Shown piece by piece: positions 38,083 through 47,183 of a stretch of DNA of 64,000 nt. Every line of letters starts with the position of its first letter. Position 1 is the first letter of the stretch. Origin of the DNA: Bacteriovoracia bacterium (GTDB lineage Bacteria > Bdellovibrionota > UBA1018 > JBFWNL01); assembly GCA_050251055.1 (NCBI GenBank), contig JBFWNL010000001.1, positions 11,815 through 75,814 of the forward strand, read 5' to 3'. The notes beneath the pieces are model-generated. The model was not told the DNA's origin and made no database searches. It saw nothing but the letters and a program-made list of their open reading frames with translations. Both the position numbers and the translations under genes were made by a program.

Positions 38083-38742
38083 ATGAAGCGCGTTCTTTGT
38101 TTCGGCGATTCCAACACCTGGGGCTACATCCCCGGCACGGGTCTGCGCTACGACCCCGACACGCGCTGGACGGGCGTGCTGCAAAAGCTCTTGGGCCCGC
38201 AGTATCTCATTATTGAAGAAGGACTCAACGGCCGCACCACGATCTCCGACTACCGCGAGCGCGAGGGCCGTCACGGCGCGCGCTACTTGGTACCGTGCCT
38301 GGATTCCCATTATCCGCTCGATGTCGTGATCCTCTGCCTGGGGACGAACGACGCTAAGGCCGAGTTTGGGCTCAGCGCCGAGCGTATCGCGCAGGGCATG
38401 GAAGAATTAATTCAAACGGTGCGTGGGCATAGACCAGGGTGGGGACGCGGGGTGGAGATTCCCTCGCAAAATGCCCGGCTGATCGTGATGGCGCCGGTCG
38501 TGGTGCGCGAAGCGCATATAGGAGATTACGCCGAGCTCGTGGGGGCGGAGGCGAAGACGTTACGGCTAGGGGAGCTGTATCGCGCGCTCGCCACGAAGTA
38601 CGACGCCGCGTTTTTGGATTTAGCGCAGGTGACCGAGCCCAGTGACATCGACGGCTGTCATTTAGACGAGCTCGGGCACGCGGCGGTGGCGGAAGAGCTG
38701 GTGGCCGTGGTGAAGGGTTCGCCCCTGCGTACCGGTAACTAA
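38083..38742 (+). CDS. SGNH/GDSL hydrolase
   Basis: FGDSNTWG, EEGLNGRT, LGTND, DGCH. Confidence 0.95.
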   Translation: MKRVLCFGDSNTWGYIPGTGLRYDPDTRWTGVLQKLLGPQYLIIEEGLNGRTTISDYREREGRHGARYLVPCLDSHYPLDVVILCLGTNDAKAEFGLSAERIAQGMEELIQTVRGHRPGWGRGVEIPSQNARLIVMAPVVVREAHIGDYAELVGAEAKTLRLGELYRALATKYDAAFLDLAQVTEPSDIDGCHLDELGHAAVAEELVAVVKGSPLRTGN

Positions 38743-38874
38743 CCGCGATGGACTCCTCTATCGAGGCAGGGCTGGGTGTGTCGCCTTAGACACATGAAAA
38801 TTAGAGGGGAAACGGTTTGAGTGTAAGAAACCTCCGGATCGGCCGTTTGATTTCATGGGGCATGCGCCTCGTGC

Positions 38875-40194
38875 ATGAAGGATTTGGGACCAATAAAACT
38901 CGGCATCGCTCTTCTTTGTTTCCTGAGTGGTTGCACTACTGGGTGCGTGCGACCGGAGGTTTTTTCAGACAGCGATAGCATCACCCTCACGCGCACGACA
39001 TTTTCCGTCGAGCAAGACCGAAGCGTGGAGTTGAATATCGGGGCGATCGCTTCCGATTCGGCGCAGATCCTTAGCTATCAATGGCGTCAGAAGAGCGGGG
39101 CGATGGTGAATTTATCGGATACGGCGGTCGCCGCACCGTTGGTCACCGCACCGGATGCGGGGGCGGCCGTCGCGATACTCGAAGTGACGATTCAAGCCAG
39201 CGATTCAGCGGGTGTTTCCGCCACCACAGTCCAAGAGATCTCCGTTCACATAGAGGCGGAGCCTACGCTGCGAGGCCCTTTTTCGGGCCTGACTCTATCC
39301 CGCGTGGAGAATCAGCCGGACGCTACGATTTCCGACGGTATATTTGGGCCGAGCTCTCCCAGCTCCCCGCTATCGTACAGAACCCTGACTTTGGCGGGAA
39401 CCCTGAATGGATCGACGGATCACAAGGTGTTTGTTCGTTGCGACGAGCTCGTGATTACTTCTTCCACAAGCATTACCGCTCAGGGGGCCGATGGGACGGC
39501 AGGGGGAAATAACTCAGGCGGTGCGGGAGGGACGGGCGCCTCGGGCGGAGGCGGAGGTGGCGGGTCGCTGTCCCATGTGGCGGCCACCTGCGCGGTAATG
39601 GGAGCGTGCGGAGCGAACTGCGGCGGCGCCGGTGGCAGCGGAAACTCCGGGTACAATGGCACGAATAGCAATGGATCGAGCGTCGCAGCACTCGGAGGCG
39701 TTGCCACCGGAGGCAGCGGTGGGCTTCCTCTGGGGGGTTCCGGTGGAGTCGGTGGGACGGGCACCGCATCTTCTTGTTTAACGAACACCCAGGCTGGCGG
39801 CGCGCCCGTTGCGGGCGGCGGTGGCGGCGGTGGAGGTGGAGGCGGAGACAGCATCAACAGTACGTACTCGAACGGGGGCGGGGGTGGCGGGGGCGGGGGT
39901 GCGATCGTCATCGCTTGCAATCGGATTACCGTTCAGGGAGGCGCTTCGAACGCGCTTCTTTATGCGGCCGGCGGATCGGGAGGGGATCAAGCCACTACGG
40001 CGGGCTCGGGCGGCGGCGGCGGTGGAGGTGTCGTGTTAGTTTACTCAGGCAGCTATTCCGCAAATGCATTGGCTGCCGATGCGTCCGGTGGCGGGTGTGG
40101 CGCGTGTAGTGGAGGTGCCTCGCCCGGTTCGGTGGGCACTACACGTATTTACGACTTTACCGACACCCTGCGGTCATTTGCCTCGTCTTGGTAG
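38875..40194 (+). CDS. Glycine-rich lipoprotein with Ig/PKD-like domain (paralogue 1)
   Basis: Lipobox-like Cys; LSYQWRQKSG..V.LSD Ig-like domain; long poly-Gly tracts. Confidence 0.85.
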   Translation: MKDLGPIKLGIALLCFLSGCTTGCVRPEVFSDSDSITLTRTTFSVEQDRSVELNIGAIASDSAQILSYQWRQKSGAMVNLSDTAVAAPLVTAPDAGAAVAILEVTIQASDSAGVSATTVQEISVHIEAEPTLRGPFSGLTLSRVENQPDATISDGIFGPSSPSSPLSYRTLTLAGTLNGSTDHKVFVRCDELVITSSTSITAQGADGTAGGNNSGGAGGTGASGGGGGGGSLSHVAATCAVMGACGANCGGAGGSGNSGYNGTNSNGSSVAALGGVATGGSGGLPLGGSGGVGGTGTASSCLTNTQAGGAPVAGGGGGGGGGGGDSINSTYSNGGGGGGGGGAIVIACNRITVQGGASNALLYAAGGSGGDQATTAGSGGGGGGGVVLVYSGSYSANALAADASGGGCGACSGGASPGSVGTTRIYDFTDTLRSFASSW

Positions 40195-40264
40195 GGTGGG
40201 TAATAGATAAGTAATATTAGGAAGTTAAAAGTCATGATATCCTAAGTGAGAGGACGAGGAAGAC

Positions 40265-41545
40265 ATGTTTGGCCGGACTCTCTTAGCTCTCGCTTTGGGC
40301 ACCCTTGTGGCATCCGCCACCGGGTGCGTGCGCCCAGAAGTCTTCTCCGATCTGGACACCATTTCTTTCAATCAAACTACGTTCTCTGTCGAGCAGGCGC
40401 GCACCACGACTTTAAATGTTGGCGCCAGCGTCAGTAACCCTGCTTTGACGTTGAGCTATAGTTGGCGCCAGGTGAGTGGAGCTAACGTTACGCTTTCGGA
40501 TACTACGAGCGCGGCTCCCACCGTTACGGCGCCCGACGCAGGAGCAGCCAGCGCGATTTTGGAAGTAACCGTGACCGCCAGCGACGCCGCAGGCGTTTCG
40601 GCAACGTCAGCCAAACAAGTTACCGTGAACATCACAGCCGAACCCACGCTGGCGGTAGGTCCCTTCGTCGGGTTAGCGTTGGGTCGGGTAGAGAATCTAA
40701 GCGACGGCACCCTTTCGGACGGTACCTTGGGCGCGAGCACGGTGACCGCGCCGCTCTCCTATCGGACGCTCACCGTCAGCGGCACCGTAAACTCCGTGAC
40801 CAACTATCGGGGTTTTATTCGTTGTGATGAGTTAGTGATTGCTTCGAATCACGAAGTCGATTTTTACGGCGGCAACGGGGAGGCGGAAGCCTTGGGATCC
40901 GTCGGCGGCAACGGGGCGTCCGGCGGGGGCGGCGGCGGTGGGAAAATTTCCGCATCCGTCGGCGGGGGCGGCGGAAATTGCGGAGGAGCCGGCGGAAGCG
41001 GTGGTTCGGGCAATGTGGGTTTGAATACCACCGGCGCAACCTCTGGCACGGCCGGTACCGGTGTGGCGGCAAGTACGATCATCTCTTCCGGCGGCGCGGG
41101 AGGAAACGCCGGCGTAGGTACCTCCACGGTTTGCGCGCCGGGAAGTAACACGGGCGGCGCGGGAGTTCGAGGTGGTGGCGGCGGCGGCGGCGGTGGTGGC
41201 GGAGACAACCGAACCGGTGGCGGAACTTCTAAGGGCGGCGGCGGCGGCGGTGGCGGCGGCGCGCTCGTGATCGTTTGCAATCGGATCACTTTGGCGGGCG
41301 CATTTGTTTCCACTCTCTACGGGATCGGCGGAAACGGCGGCGCGGGGGCTGGCGAAGGTTCCGGGGGCGGCGGCGGCGGTGGCGGCGTGATCTTGATTTA
41401 TACCGGTCAACATACGGCCAACACATTTGACCCGTACGTGACTGGCGGAAGCGGCGGCGCGCCGAGCGGTAGCAACGGCTCGGACGGCGTGGCGAAGATC
41501 TATGACTTGAACGGCACCGAGCGGGCCTTTAACTCCAGCTGGTAG
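40265..41545 (+). CDS. Glycine-rich lipoprotein with Ig/PKD-like domain (paralogue 2)
   Basis: Shares TGCVRPEVFSD, APDAGAA.AILEVT, PLSYRTLT, RCDELVI, CNRIT, IYD....R.F.SSW with paralogue 1. Confidence 0.85.
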   Translation: MFGRTLLALALGTLVASATGCVRPEVFSDLDTISFNQTTFSVEQARTTTLNVGASVSNPALTLSYSWRQVSGANVTLSDTTSAAPTVTAPDAGAASAILEVTVTASDAAGVSATSAKQVTVNITAEPTLAVGPFVGLALGRVENLSDGTLSDGTLGASTVTAPLSYRTLTVSGTVNSVTNYRGFIRCDELVIASNHEVDFYGGNGEAEALGSVGGNGASGGGGGGGKISASVGGGGGNCGGAGGSGGSGNVGLNTTGATSGTAGTGVAASTIISSGGAGGNAGVGTSTVCAPGSNTGGAGVRGGGGGGGGGGGDNRTGGGTSKGGGGGGGGGALVIVCNRITLAGAFVSTLYGIGGNGGAGAGEGSGGGGGGGGVILIYTGQHTANTFDPYVTGGSGGAPSGSNGSDGVAKIYDLNGTERAFNSSW

Positions 41546-41567
41546 CTTCGGCGTCGAATCACGCCCG

Positions 41568-42740
41568 TCAAAGGTAAATGGAAAAAAATAAATGCAGTAG
41601 GCGGCTACCGACCGTGACGGTGGGCAGCGGGACTTGCAGGGAGCGGATTTCGAATCCGACGCTCAGGGGTGGGCCCTGCCGTCGCGTCCAAGCCAGGGTG
41701 GCACCGCCGCCAATCTCTCGGTTCTCGATGGGGAGCAGGGAAAACCCATCGCCCGCCACTGGCGAGAACTGAGCGAACATTTCCAATGAATAACGTCCGG
41801 ATTGATACGTCACGACGGGATAGAGCTGGGGCCCCATGGTTAGGCCGTACCCGAAGCGACTATTTTGGGTCATCGTGGACAGGAAAAACCCGACGTGAGG
41901 GACTAGCTTCCACTTTTCTCCCAAGCGTATGCCCAGGTCGTAACCGAAGTGAATCGCCGCGTGGAAAAAAGTCATCGCGCGGCTGGCGTCCGAGCGAGTG
42001 AGGGCCAACGCCGAGTACGTGCAGGTGGCGCCGACCGACCAGCGCCGTTCGGTCGGCTGGTAAACCAGCCAAGGCATGAGCATCAAGGAAAGCTGGGTGG
42101 AGTCGCCTAGCCTTGAATCCAGGTATTGCACGGAAGTGAGACCGACACGCGGCTCAAAGTGAATGGGCTTGCGCTCGAAAGTTGGGTGAGGGGTCACGAC
42201 CAACGACTCGCCCGGTGCCGAGGGCGCCTCCTCCTTCGAAGGTGCCGCCGGCTCTGGAGTTTCGGTAACCGAGGTTTGCTCGGGTTCAGGCGCCTGGGTA
42301 GGGGCCGGCGTTGCGGAGGGTTCCGGTTCTTTATCCGCTAACGGAACCGGGGAGGGGGTGACAAAGAAAGCCAGGTCGTAGCCTTCCACGTCGCCCGTTT
42401 GGCTCACTTGCAGGAATTTCAACGATGCCCGCTGGTTCTCGAAGGGAAAACGAATTTCAAACGCGCTTATGGCTTGGCTCTGGGAGACGGTCTTTAACAC
42501 CTGGAAGTCCCCGGAGTTCACCCGCACCATGAGCCGCTTGCTGCGCGACCCGTATTCCCCCGGCAGATTGCCCTCCAGGGTTGCCTCGCCCGACTTCACG
42601 GTCAGGGATTCGAAATCGATTTTCAGTTCCTTAAAAGGGACGCCGCTGGACTTAATTTCCACGGGTTGGGTGTTCGCCGCCCAGGTTTCGATCGGGAGAC
42701 ACCCTATAGCAAACGCAAAGAATAGCCTCGGCCAGGTCAT
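41568..42740 (-). CDS. Secreted protein with Pro-rich linker and probable C-terminal beta-barrel
   Basis: Signal peptide; EPEPSATPAP linker; amphipathic strands ending FFSIYL. Confidence 0.65.
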   Translation of the reverse strand: MTWPRLFFAFAIGCLPIETWAANTQPVEIKSSGVPFKELKIDFESLTVKSGEATLEGNLPGEYGSRSKRLMVRVNSGDFQVLKTVSQSQAISAFEIRFPFENQRASLKFLQVSQTGDVEGYDLAFFVTPSPVPLADKEPEPSATPAPTQAPEPEQTSVTETPEPAAPSKEEAPSAPGESLVVTPHPTFERKPIHFEPRVGLTSVQYLDSRLGDSTQLSLMLMPWLVYQPTERRWSVGATCTYSALALTRSDASRAMTFFHAAIHFGYDLGIRLGEKWKLVPHVGFFLSTMTQNSRFGYGLTMGPQLYPVVTYQSGRYSLEMFAQFSPVAGDGFSLLPIENREIGGGATLAWTRRQGPPLSVGFEIRSLQVPLPTVTVGSRLLHLFFSIYL

Positions 42741-43090
42741 TTCTTGCGGTACTTTTCTCGTTCGGCTTCGGTAAGTCCGAGCCAGCGCGCGTATTTCGCG
42801 CGCAACTCCGCCTTGGCGGGCTCAGGCAGCTGCTGAAAGTCGTGGTAAGAGCTTTCAACCTGCTGCTTTTCTTCGGACGCCATGGCCTGCCAGTCCTTTA
42901 AATTGTCCTGCAGCTTACTCTGCTCGCCGGGCGGGCGCTCCCGAAACTTTTGAAAAAGAGCGACGGCTTCCGCTTGGCGTTCAATCGGCTGCCGAGCAAA
43001 ACGGCCTTGCGTTTTATTCAGAAGGCTCCGCAGCTCGTCGTCCATCGGCTCCCAGGTGGAAAGTTTCTTTTTTCCGTCGTTAGCTTTCAT
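42737..43090 (-). CDS. DUF3106-like protein
   Basis: W..M..EE, FQQLP...K.ELR.KY.RW..L..AERE repeats; lies in ECF operon. Confidence 0.75.
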   Translation of the reverse strand: MKANDGKKKLSTWEPMDDELRSLLNKTQGRFARQPIERQAEAVALFQKFRERPPGEQSKLQDNLKDWQAMASEEKQQVESSYHDFQQLPEPAKAELRAKYARWLGLTEAEREKYRKK

Positions 43091-43094
43091 GGCG

Positions 43095-43496
43095 TCATCC
43101 CTTCCACCGCTTTAAAGCGTCGTAGTCTCTTAGGAGGTCTAGATTCAAAAGCAGCTCGGCTTTGGTTTCTAGCTCCGGATTAAAAGAGGCGATCTCCGGA
43201 TTTTCTCGCAAGGCTTTCTGGATTTCCGCGTGGGCCATCGGCGGCGGGGCCGGGGTTTCGCCAGGAGTGACTTCGGTGCGTCGGCGGTTGCCCGGCAGCC
43301 AGAAATACAGCGCGGCCGCGGCCAAAGCCAGCCCGGCTCCGCCGCTGAGCTGCAGCCACGCGCGACGCGAGTAGGTTCGTGGCGTCGCCCGGGGAGCCGA
43401 CTTCTTCAGCTCGCCGGCGAGCGCCTGCAGGAGACGTTGGTCGGCGGCATCGTCCGCTTGGTGCAGGACGCTCTTCCATTTAGAATTCCTTTTCAT
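43095..43496 (-). CDS. Putative anti-sigma factor (single TM)
   Basis: Follows the ECF sigma; one TM; ELLLNLDLLRDYD.L tail. Confidence 0.7.
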   Translation of the reverse strand: MKRNSKWKSVLHQADDAADQRLLQALAGELKKSAPRATPRTYSRRAWLQLSGGAGLALAAAALYFWLPGNRRRTEVTPGETPAPPPMAHAEIQKALRENPEIASFNPELETKAELLLNLDLLRDYDALKRWKG

Positions 43497-44113
43497 TTTC
43501 GCTCGCCTCCCGACTTAGCCTTCAAAGCTTTCGTCAGCGCCGCCTTGGCCCGCGACAGATTCACATAAAACGCATTGGGCTTGAGCTTCAGAGCCGCCGC
43601 GGCCTCCTCCACGGACATCTCGTCGGACATCCAAAGGGTGATCACGCGGCGCTGGGTTTCCGGCAACGCGTCCACGGCCTCCCGGATCAAGGCGATGTCT
43701 TCGATCTGGGCGAGCACCGATTCGATATCTTCGCGCGAGTCGTCCGCGACCTGTTCGATGGCGGCCTCTTCAGATTCGTCGTAATTTTTTTTGAGCTCCA
43801 CGGGGTCGTGGGAGGATTGCAGCAGGTCGAAACAGGAGTTGCGGGCGATGGTCAATAGCCAGGAGCGGAACTTGCCAGTCGGCGTGTATCCGGCCGCGGC
43901 GCTGATCACCTTCGTCCAGGTGATCTGGCAAATATCTTCTAAATGATCCCGCTTGGCACGACCGAGCAGGCGAGCCGAGTAACCCCGTACCACCGGCGAA
44001 TGGCGCTTGACGAGCACACTTAGAGAATCAAATTGTCCACGTGCGACCAACAACATGAGTTCATCATCCGTCTTATCCCCCGAGTCGGTCACAATGCTCG
44101 AATTATATCCCAT
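43493..44113 (-). CDS. ECF RNA polymerase sigma factor
   Basis: DDELM, EDICQ.TW, FRSWLLTIARN, LPETQR...EEAA..L...LSRAK. Confidence 0.93.
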   Translation of the reverse strand: MGYNSSIVTDSGDKTDDELMLLVARGQFDSLSVLVKRHSPVVRGYSARLLGRAKRDHLEDICQITWTKVISAAAGYTPTGKFRSWLLTIARNSCFDLLQSSHDPVELKKNYDESEEAAIEQVADDSREDIESVLAQIEDIALIREAVDALPETQRRVITLWMSDEMSVEEAAAALKLKPNAFYVNLSRAKAALTKALKAKSGGERK

Positions 44114-44169
44114 GTTGTTCGAGCTTCGTACCGGTTAAGTAGCTGGAGCCTCCTACAGAGGAAACGGAG

Positions 44170-44198
44170 CTGGGGAGGATTTCTTACATCCTCCCCAG
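44170..44198. promoter_or_regulatory. Inverted repeat in the divergent sigma/pilin intergenic region
   Basis: CTGGGGAGGAT-N7-ATCCTCCCCAG perfect 11-bp stem. Confidence 0.5.
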
Positions 44199-44428
44199 GT
44201 TTTATTTTTAGGAAAAAATACCTGTAAAAACAAGTATTTAAATGGAAATTAAGAGGCGGCGGACGGAGCAAGGGTTGAGGGTCAGGGGCCACCGTCCGCC
44301 GAGCAAGAAACCAGTTTTGCAGGGCCGTTACTTGCTAGTGAGGGAGCCAACGTGCGTCCCGGTGGATTCTTACGTGCCAGATAAAAATTCCGAAACTTTT
44401 GTGAAGTAAGATTTTCCGATCCTGCTCG

Positions 44429-45751
44429 TTGCCTCACGAGAAGGATCATTCGGGGCGGTATTTTTTTAGGGGGCTAAGCATGACTTTAGTCGAAGCGATG
44501 ACCGCAACGATCCTAGCCGTAGGCGCGACGCTGGTGGCAGGGACGGTCATGGTCAATCAACAGAAGAGCACGCACCAGGCCCAGATGCGGGCCGAGCTGG
44601 AAGGCTCGTTCGTACAGCTCACCCAGGTCCTTGGCCAGGCATCCCGTTGCACGGCGGCTCTCAAGAACCAGCTGGCGGAAGGAGAAATCTCCGTAGCGGT
44701 TGCCGGGCAGTTCACGGTGAAGTCACAGACGAAGCTAGGAGTTTGGAGTATTGGACCGGTACGCATTCGGAAGGAGTCCGAAGTTTTGGCCCAGGTCGAT
44801 ACGGGGCTTCCCCTGTGGTTTGCCAGCCTGGAGTTCTCGGCATCGCTCCCGAGCGGTGGTGCTCCCCGGAACTTCGCGTTTCCCTTGGCCGTGGAGCTGG
44901 ACAAAACCGGGGCTGACGCCAAGATCGTTCGGTGTTTTTCCCGTGAGGCCATCGCGCAAAGCTGCCCCGCTAACGAATACATTCAGCGCATGGCTCCCGG
45001 TACCGGGTTGACCTGCGCGCCGATCGCCGATTCAGGATTGAATCTCAATTGCGGGGTGGGTTTGCTGATGGTGGGGATCACCGTCGATGGGAAAGCGGTT
45101 TGCGTCTCCCCGGGCGCGACGCCGGGACGTACGGCGGCTACGCGTACGTTCGCGGGCACGCCGCCGCCACCCCCGCCGCCGCCGGGAACGGTCTCGCTCA
45201 GCGGCGCGGATTTCCCAGTGCCCGGCTTGCATAGCTTCCAAGTTCCGGTGGGGATCGGCGCGGGCAAGAAATTGAACTTTAAAATCAGCGGCGGCGGCGG
45301 CGGTGGGGGTGGTGGTCATAAAGAAACGGGCGGGGGCGGCGAAGGCAGTTCCGGCCTGGAGTTCACGGTGCCGGTGAGCGGCGGCGAAGTCTTTCAAATT
45401 CGCGTCGGCATGGGTGGGTTTTGTCCGGATAACGAAAAGCCGGGCAGCGCGGGCGGGCTTTCCTCCGTCAGTGGCCCGGGTGTTCCTGGAGGCATGGCCG
45501 TCGCTCCGGGCGGCGGGGGAGGCCGGGTCGATGCGCGTAAAGGAAATTGCGCGAAGAATGATCCGGTCACGAACGGTAAGCCCGCCCCCTTCGGCTGGGA
45601 TCCGGGTGGCCAAGGCGGAGGTGGGCCGCCGGGAGGCGGAGGCCGTCCCACGGGCGCGCCGGGAAAATTCGGTTCGGGCGGCGGCGGCGGCTGCGACAAT
45701 GCGAAGGGAGGATTCGGTGGCGATGGACGCGTACTCATTACTCCTCAGTGA
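44429..45751 (+). CDS. Pilin-like protein with Cys repeats and glycine-rich C-terminal domain
   Basis: S|MTLVEAM + TM; CP....GI...G...C modules; poly-Pro linker; GGGGGGG...GG.GG.GRV.I; start uncertain (TTG 44429 or ATG 44480). Confidence 0.8.
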   Translation: MPHEKDHSGRYFFRGLSMTLVEAMTATILAVGATLVAGTVMVNQQKSTHQAQMRAELEGSFVQLTQVLGQASRCTAALKNQLAEGEISVAVAGQFTVKSQTKLGVWSIGPVRIRKESEVLAQVDTGLPLWFASLEFSASLPSGGAPRNFAFPLAVELDKTGADAKIVRCFSREAIAQSCPANEYIQRMAPGTGLTCAPIADSGLNLNCGVGLLMVGITVDGKAVCVSPGATPGRTAATRTFAGTPPPPPPPPGTVSLSGADFPVPGLHSFQVPVGIGAGKKLNFKISGGGGGGGGGHKETGGGGEGSSGLEFTVPVSGGEVFQIRVGMGGFCPDNEKPGSAGGLSSVSGPGVPGGMAVAPGGGGGRVDARKGNCAKNDPVTNGKPAPFGWDPGGQGGGGPPGGGGRPTGAPGKFGSGGGGGCDNAKGGFGGDGRVLITPQ

Positions 45752-47183
45752 TCGACGGGGTTTCTCGATGCTGGCGAGCGTGATGGCCGTGGCGGCGGTC
45801 ACGACCGGGGCCTATTGGGTGATGTCTTCCCAGCTCAATCGCGCGCGCTCGGAAGCCGCGCAACGGGGTCTGGTGAGCTGGTATCAGGCCGTGGAGAAGT
45901 TCGAGAGCATCGTCGTGAATCCGACTCGTTGTGCTTCGCTTTTCCCGGGCCTCGCTTACGAAACGCTCCAAAGCAACCAGCAGGTGAGCTCGTTCAGCGA
46001 CAGCGAAATCTGGCGGGAAGCCGGCCTTCGGGGCGAGCTAGGGGAACCCCAGAATGCCGGGTTTGAGACGATTGACGGCATCGTCGACAATGACGCCAGC
46101 GGCGCCTTGGCCTCGCTTCCTCCCGCCACCATGCTCAGCATGGGCTTGATGCGGCTTGTAAACGTCAGCCTAAAGCTTCAGCCTACCCAGTCGTCCGGGA
46201 TCATGAAAAGCGTGGCAAAGAATTTAAAGGTCAGTCTGGCTTTCGCGACCAATGGTGGCGAGTTGAAGAAATGCCGAATTTACACGAACAAGACCGAAAA
46301 CGCCTGCGCCACGGGCGAGCTGCCCGTCGGGGTAAACGCGAATGGCGAGCTCGAGTGCAAAAAACCAAACCTGGAAACGAAGCTTCCTTCGGGGAACTGC
46401 ACCGGCGGTCGGTCGATCGCGAGCCTTCCCGCCAAGGGCGCGCCCGAGTGCAACCCGCTTCCCAATTACAAAAAACACGACGCGGACGCGCTCACCCTGA
46501 TCGTGAATCCACACAAACTTCAGAACGACTGCCAGTCCATCCGTAAAACCTTGGTCACGGTCTTGGCGGAATACACTTTCAGCACCTGCCCGGGACCGCC
46601 GTCCTCTGGCAACCCCCAGTGGATCGTCGATACGAACAACTCTTTCTTCTACTCCCATAGCCAGGCGCCCGGGGCCTGTGGCGGTGCTTACTCCATCGGC
46701 GGACTGGGAAACGGTGCCGGGACATTTAATCGGGACCTGTTCTACCAGCTACAAGCGGTTCATCCCGGGGACAAGAGCCCGCTCAATTCCGACGGCACCC
46801 AGCCCTGCCTGGTACGCCGCCGTCAGCTCGATACCGGCGGCCCGATGTTTTCCGCGGGCGCCACGCCGCCGGGCTGGACCGAAGAGGTCGTGTTCGATCC
46901 CGCATCGAGCACTCAACGCCAGAAGTTCCTGACGGGCCTAGCCGACTGGGACGGCGCGGCCGACTATTACAACGGCAATTCCGTCGTGCCCAAGCCGTTA
47001 CTGGACGGCGGCTTTCCCAGCTTCATCTACAGCACTCCCAACTCGTTCGGCGGCTGCTCCTCCCGGGTGCGGATTCTCACGCGTGTGACCGAGCAGGCAA
47101 CCTGCGGGACGGCGAATGCCAATCCCCCTCAGCGTCCCAAGTACTCTTCGGGTCCTAAAAAGCCAGGAGGCATCGATGGATAA
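45723..47183 (+). CDS. Pilin-like protein lacking Glu5
   Basis: RRG|FSMLA + TM; CATGELPVGV..NG.L.C modules; ATG 45723 overlaps the upstream gene. Confidence 0.75.
   Translation: MDAYSLLLSDRRGFSMLASVMAVAAVTTGAYWVMSSQLNRARSEAAQRGLVSWYQAVEKFESIVVNPTRCASLFPGLAYETLQSNQQVSSFSDSEIWREAGLRGELGEPQNAGFETIDGIVDNDASGALASLPPATMLSMGLMRLVNVSLKLQPTQSSGIMKSVAKNLKVSLAFATNGGELKKCRIYTNKTENACATGELPVGVNANGELECKKPNLETKLPSGNCTGGRSIASLPAKGAPECNPLPNYKKHDADALTLIVNPHKLQNDCQSIRKTLVTVLAEYTFSTCPGPPSSGNPQWIVDTNNSFFYSHSQAPGACGGAYSIGGLGNGAGTFNRDLFYQLQAVHPGDKSPLNSDGTQPCLVRRRQLDTGGPMFSAGATPPGWTEEVVFDPASSTQRQKFLTGLADWDGAADYYNGNSVVPKPLLDGGFPSFIYSTPNSFGGCSSRVRILTRVTEQATCGTANANPPQRPKYSSGPKKPGGIDG

Noticed and set aside
39800-41400. 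(GGC)n tracts as microsatellites or contingency loci
   Set aside because: In-frame poly-Gly codons with synonymous variation; explained by the protein
44120-44428. Possible c-di-GMP riboswitch upstream of the pilin-like genes
   Set aside because: Stems are present but the GGCAAA...GACGCAAA consensus is not found on either strand
45414-45722. N-terminal extension of the second pilin-like ORF
   Set aside because: Lies inside the upstream gene; the prepilin site supports ATG 45723
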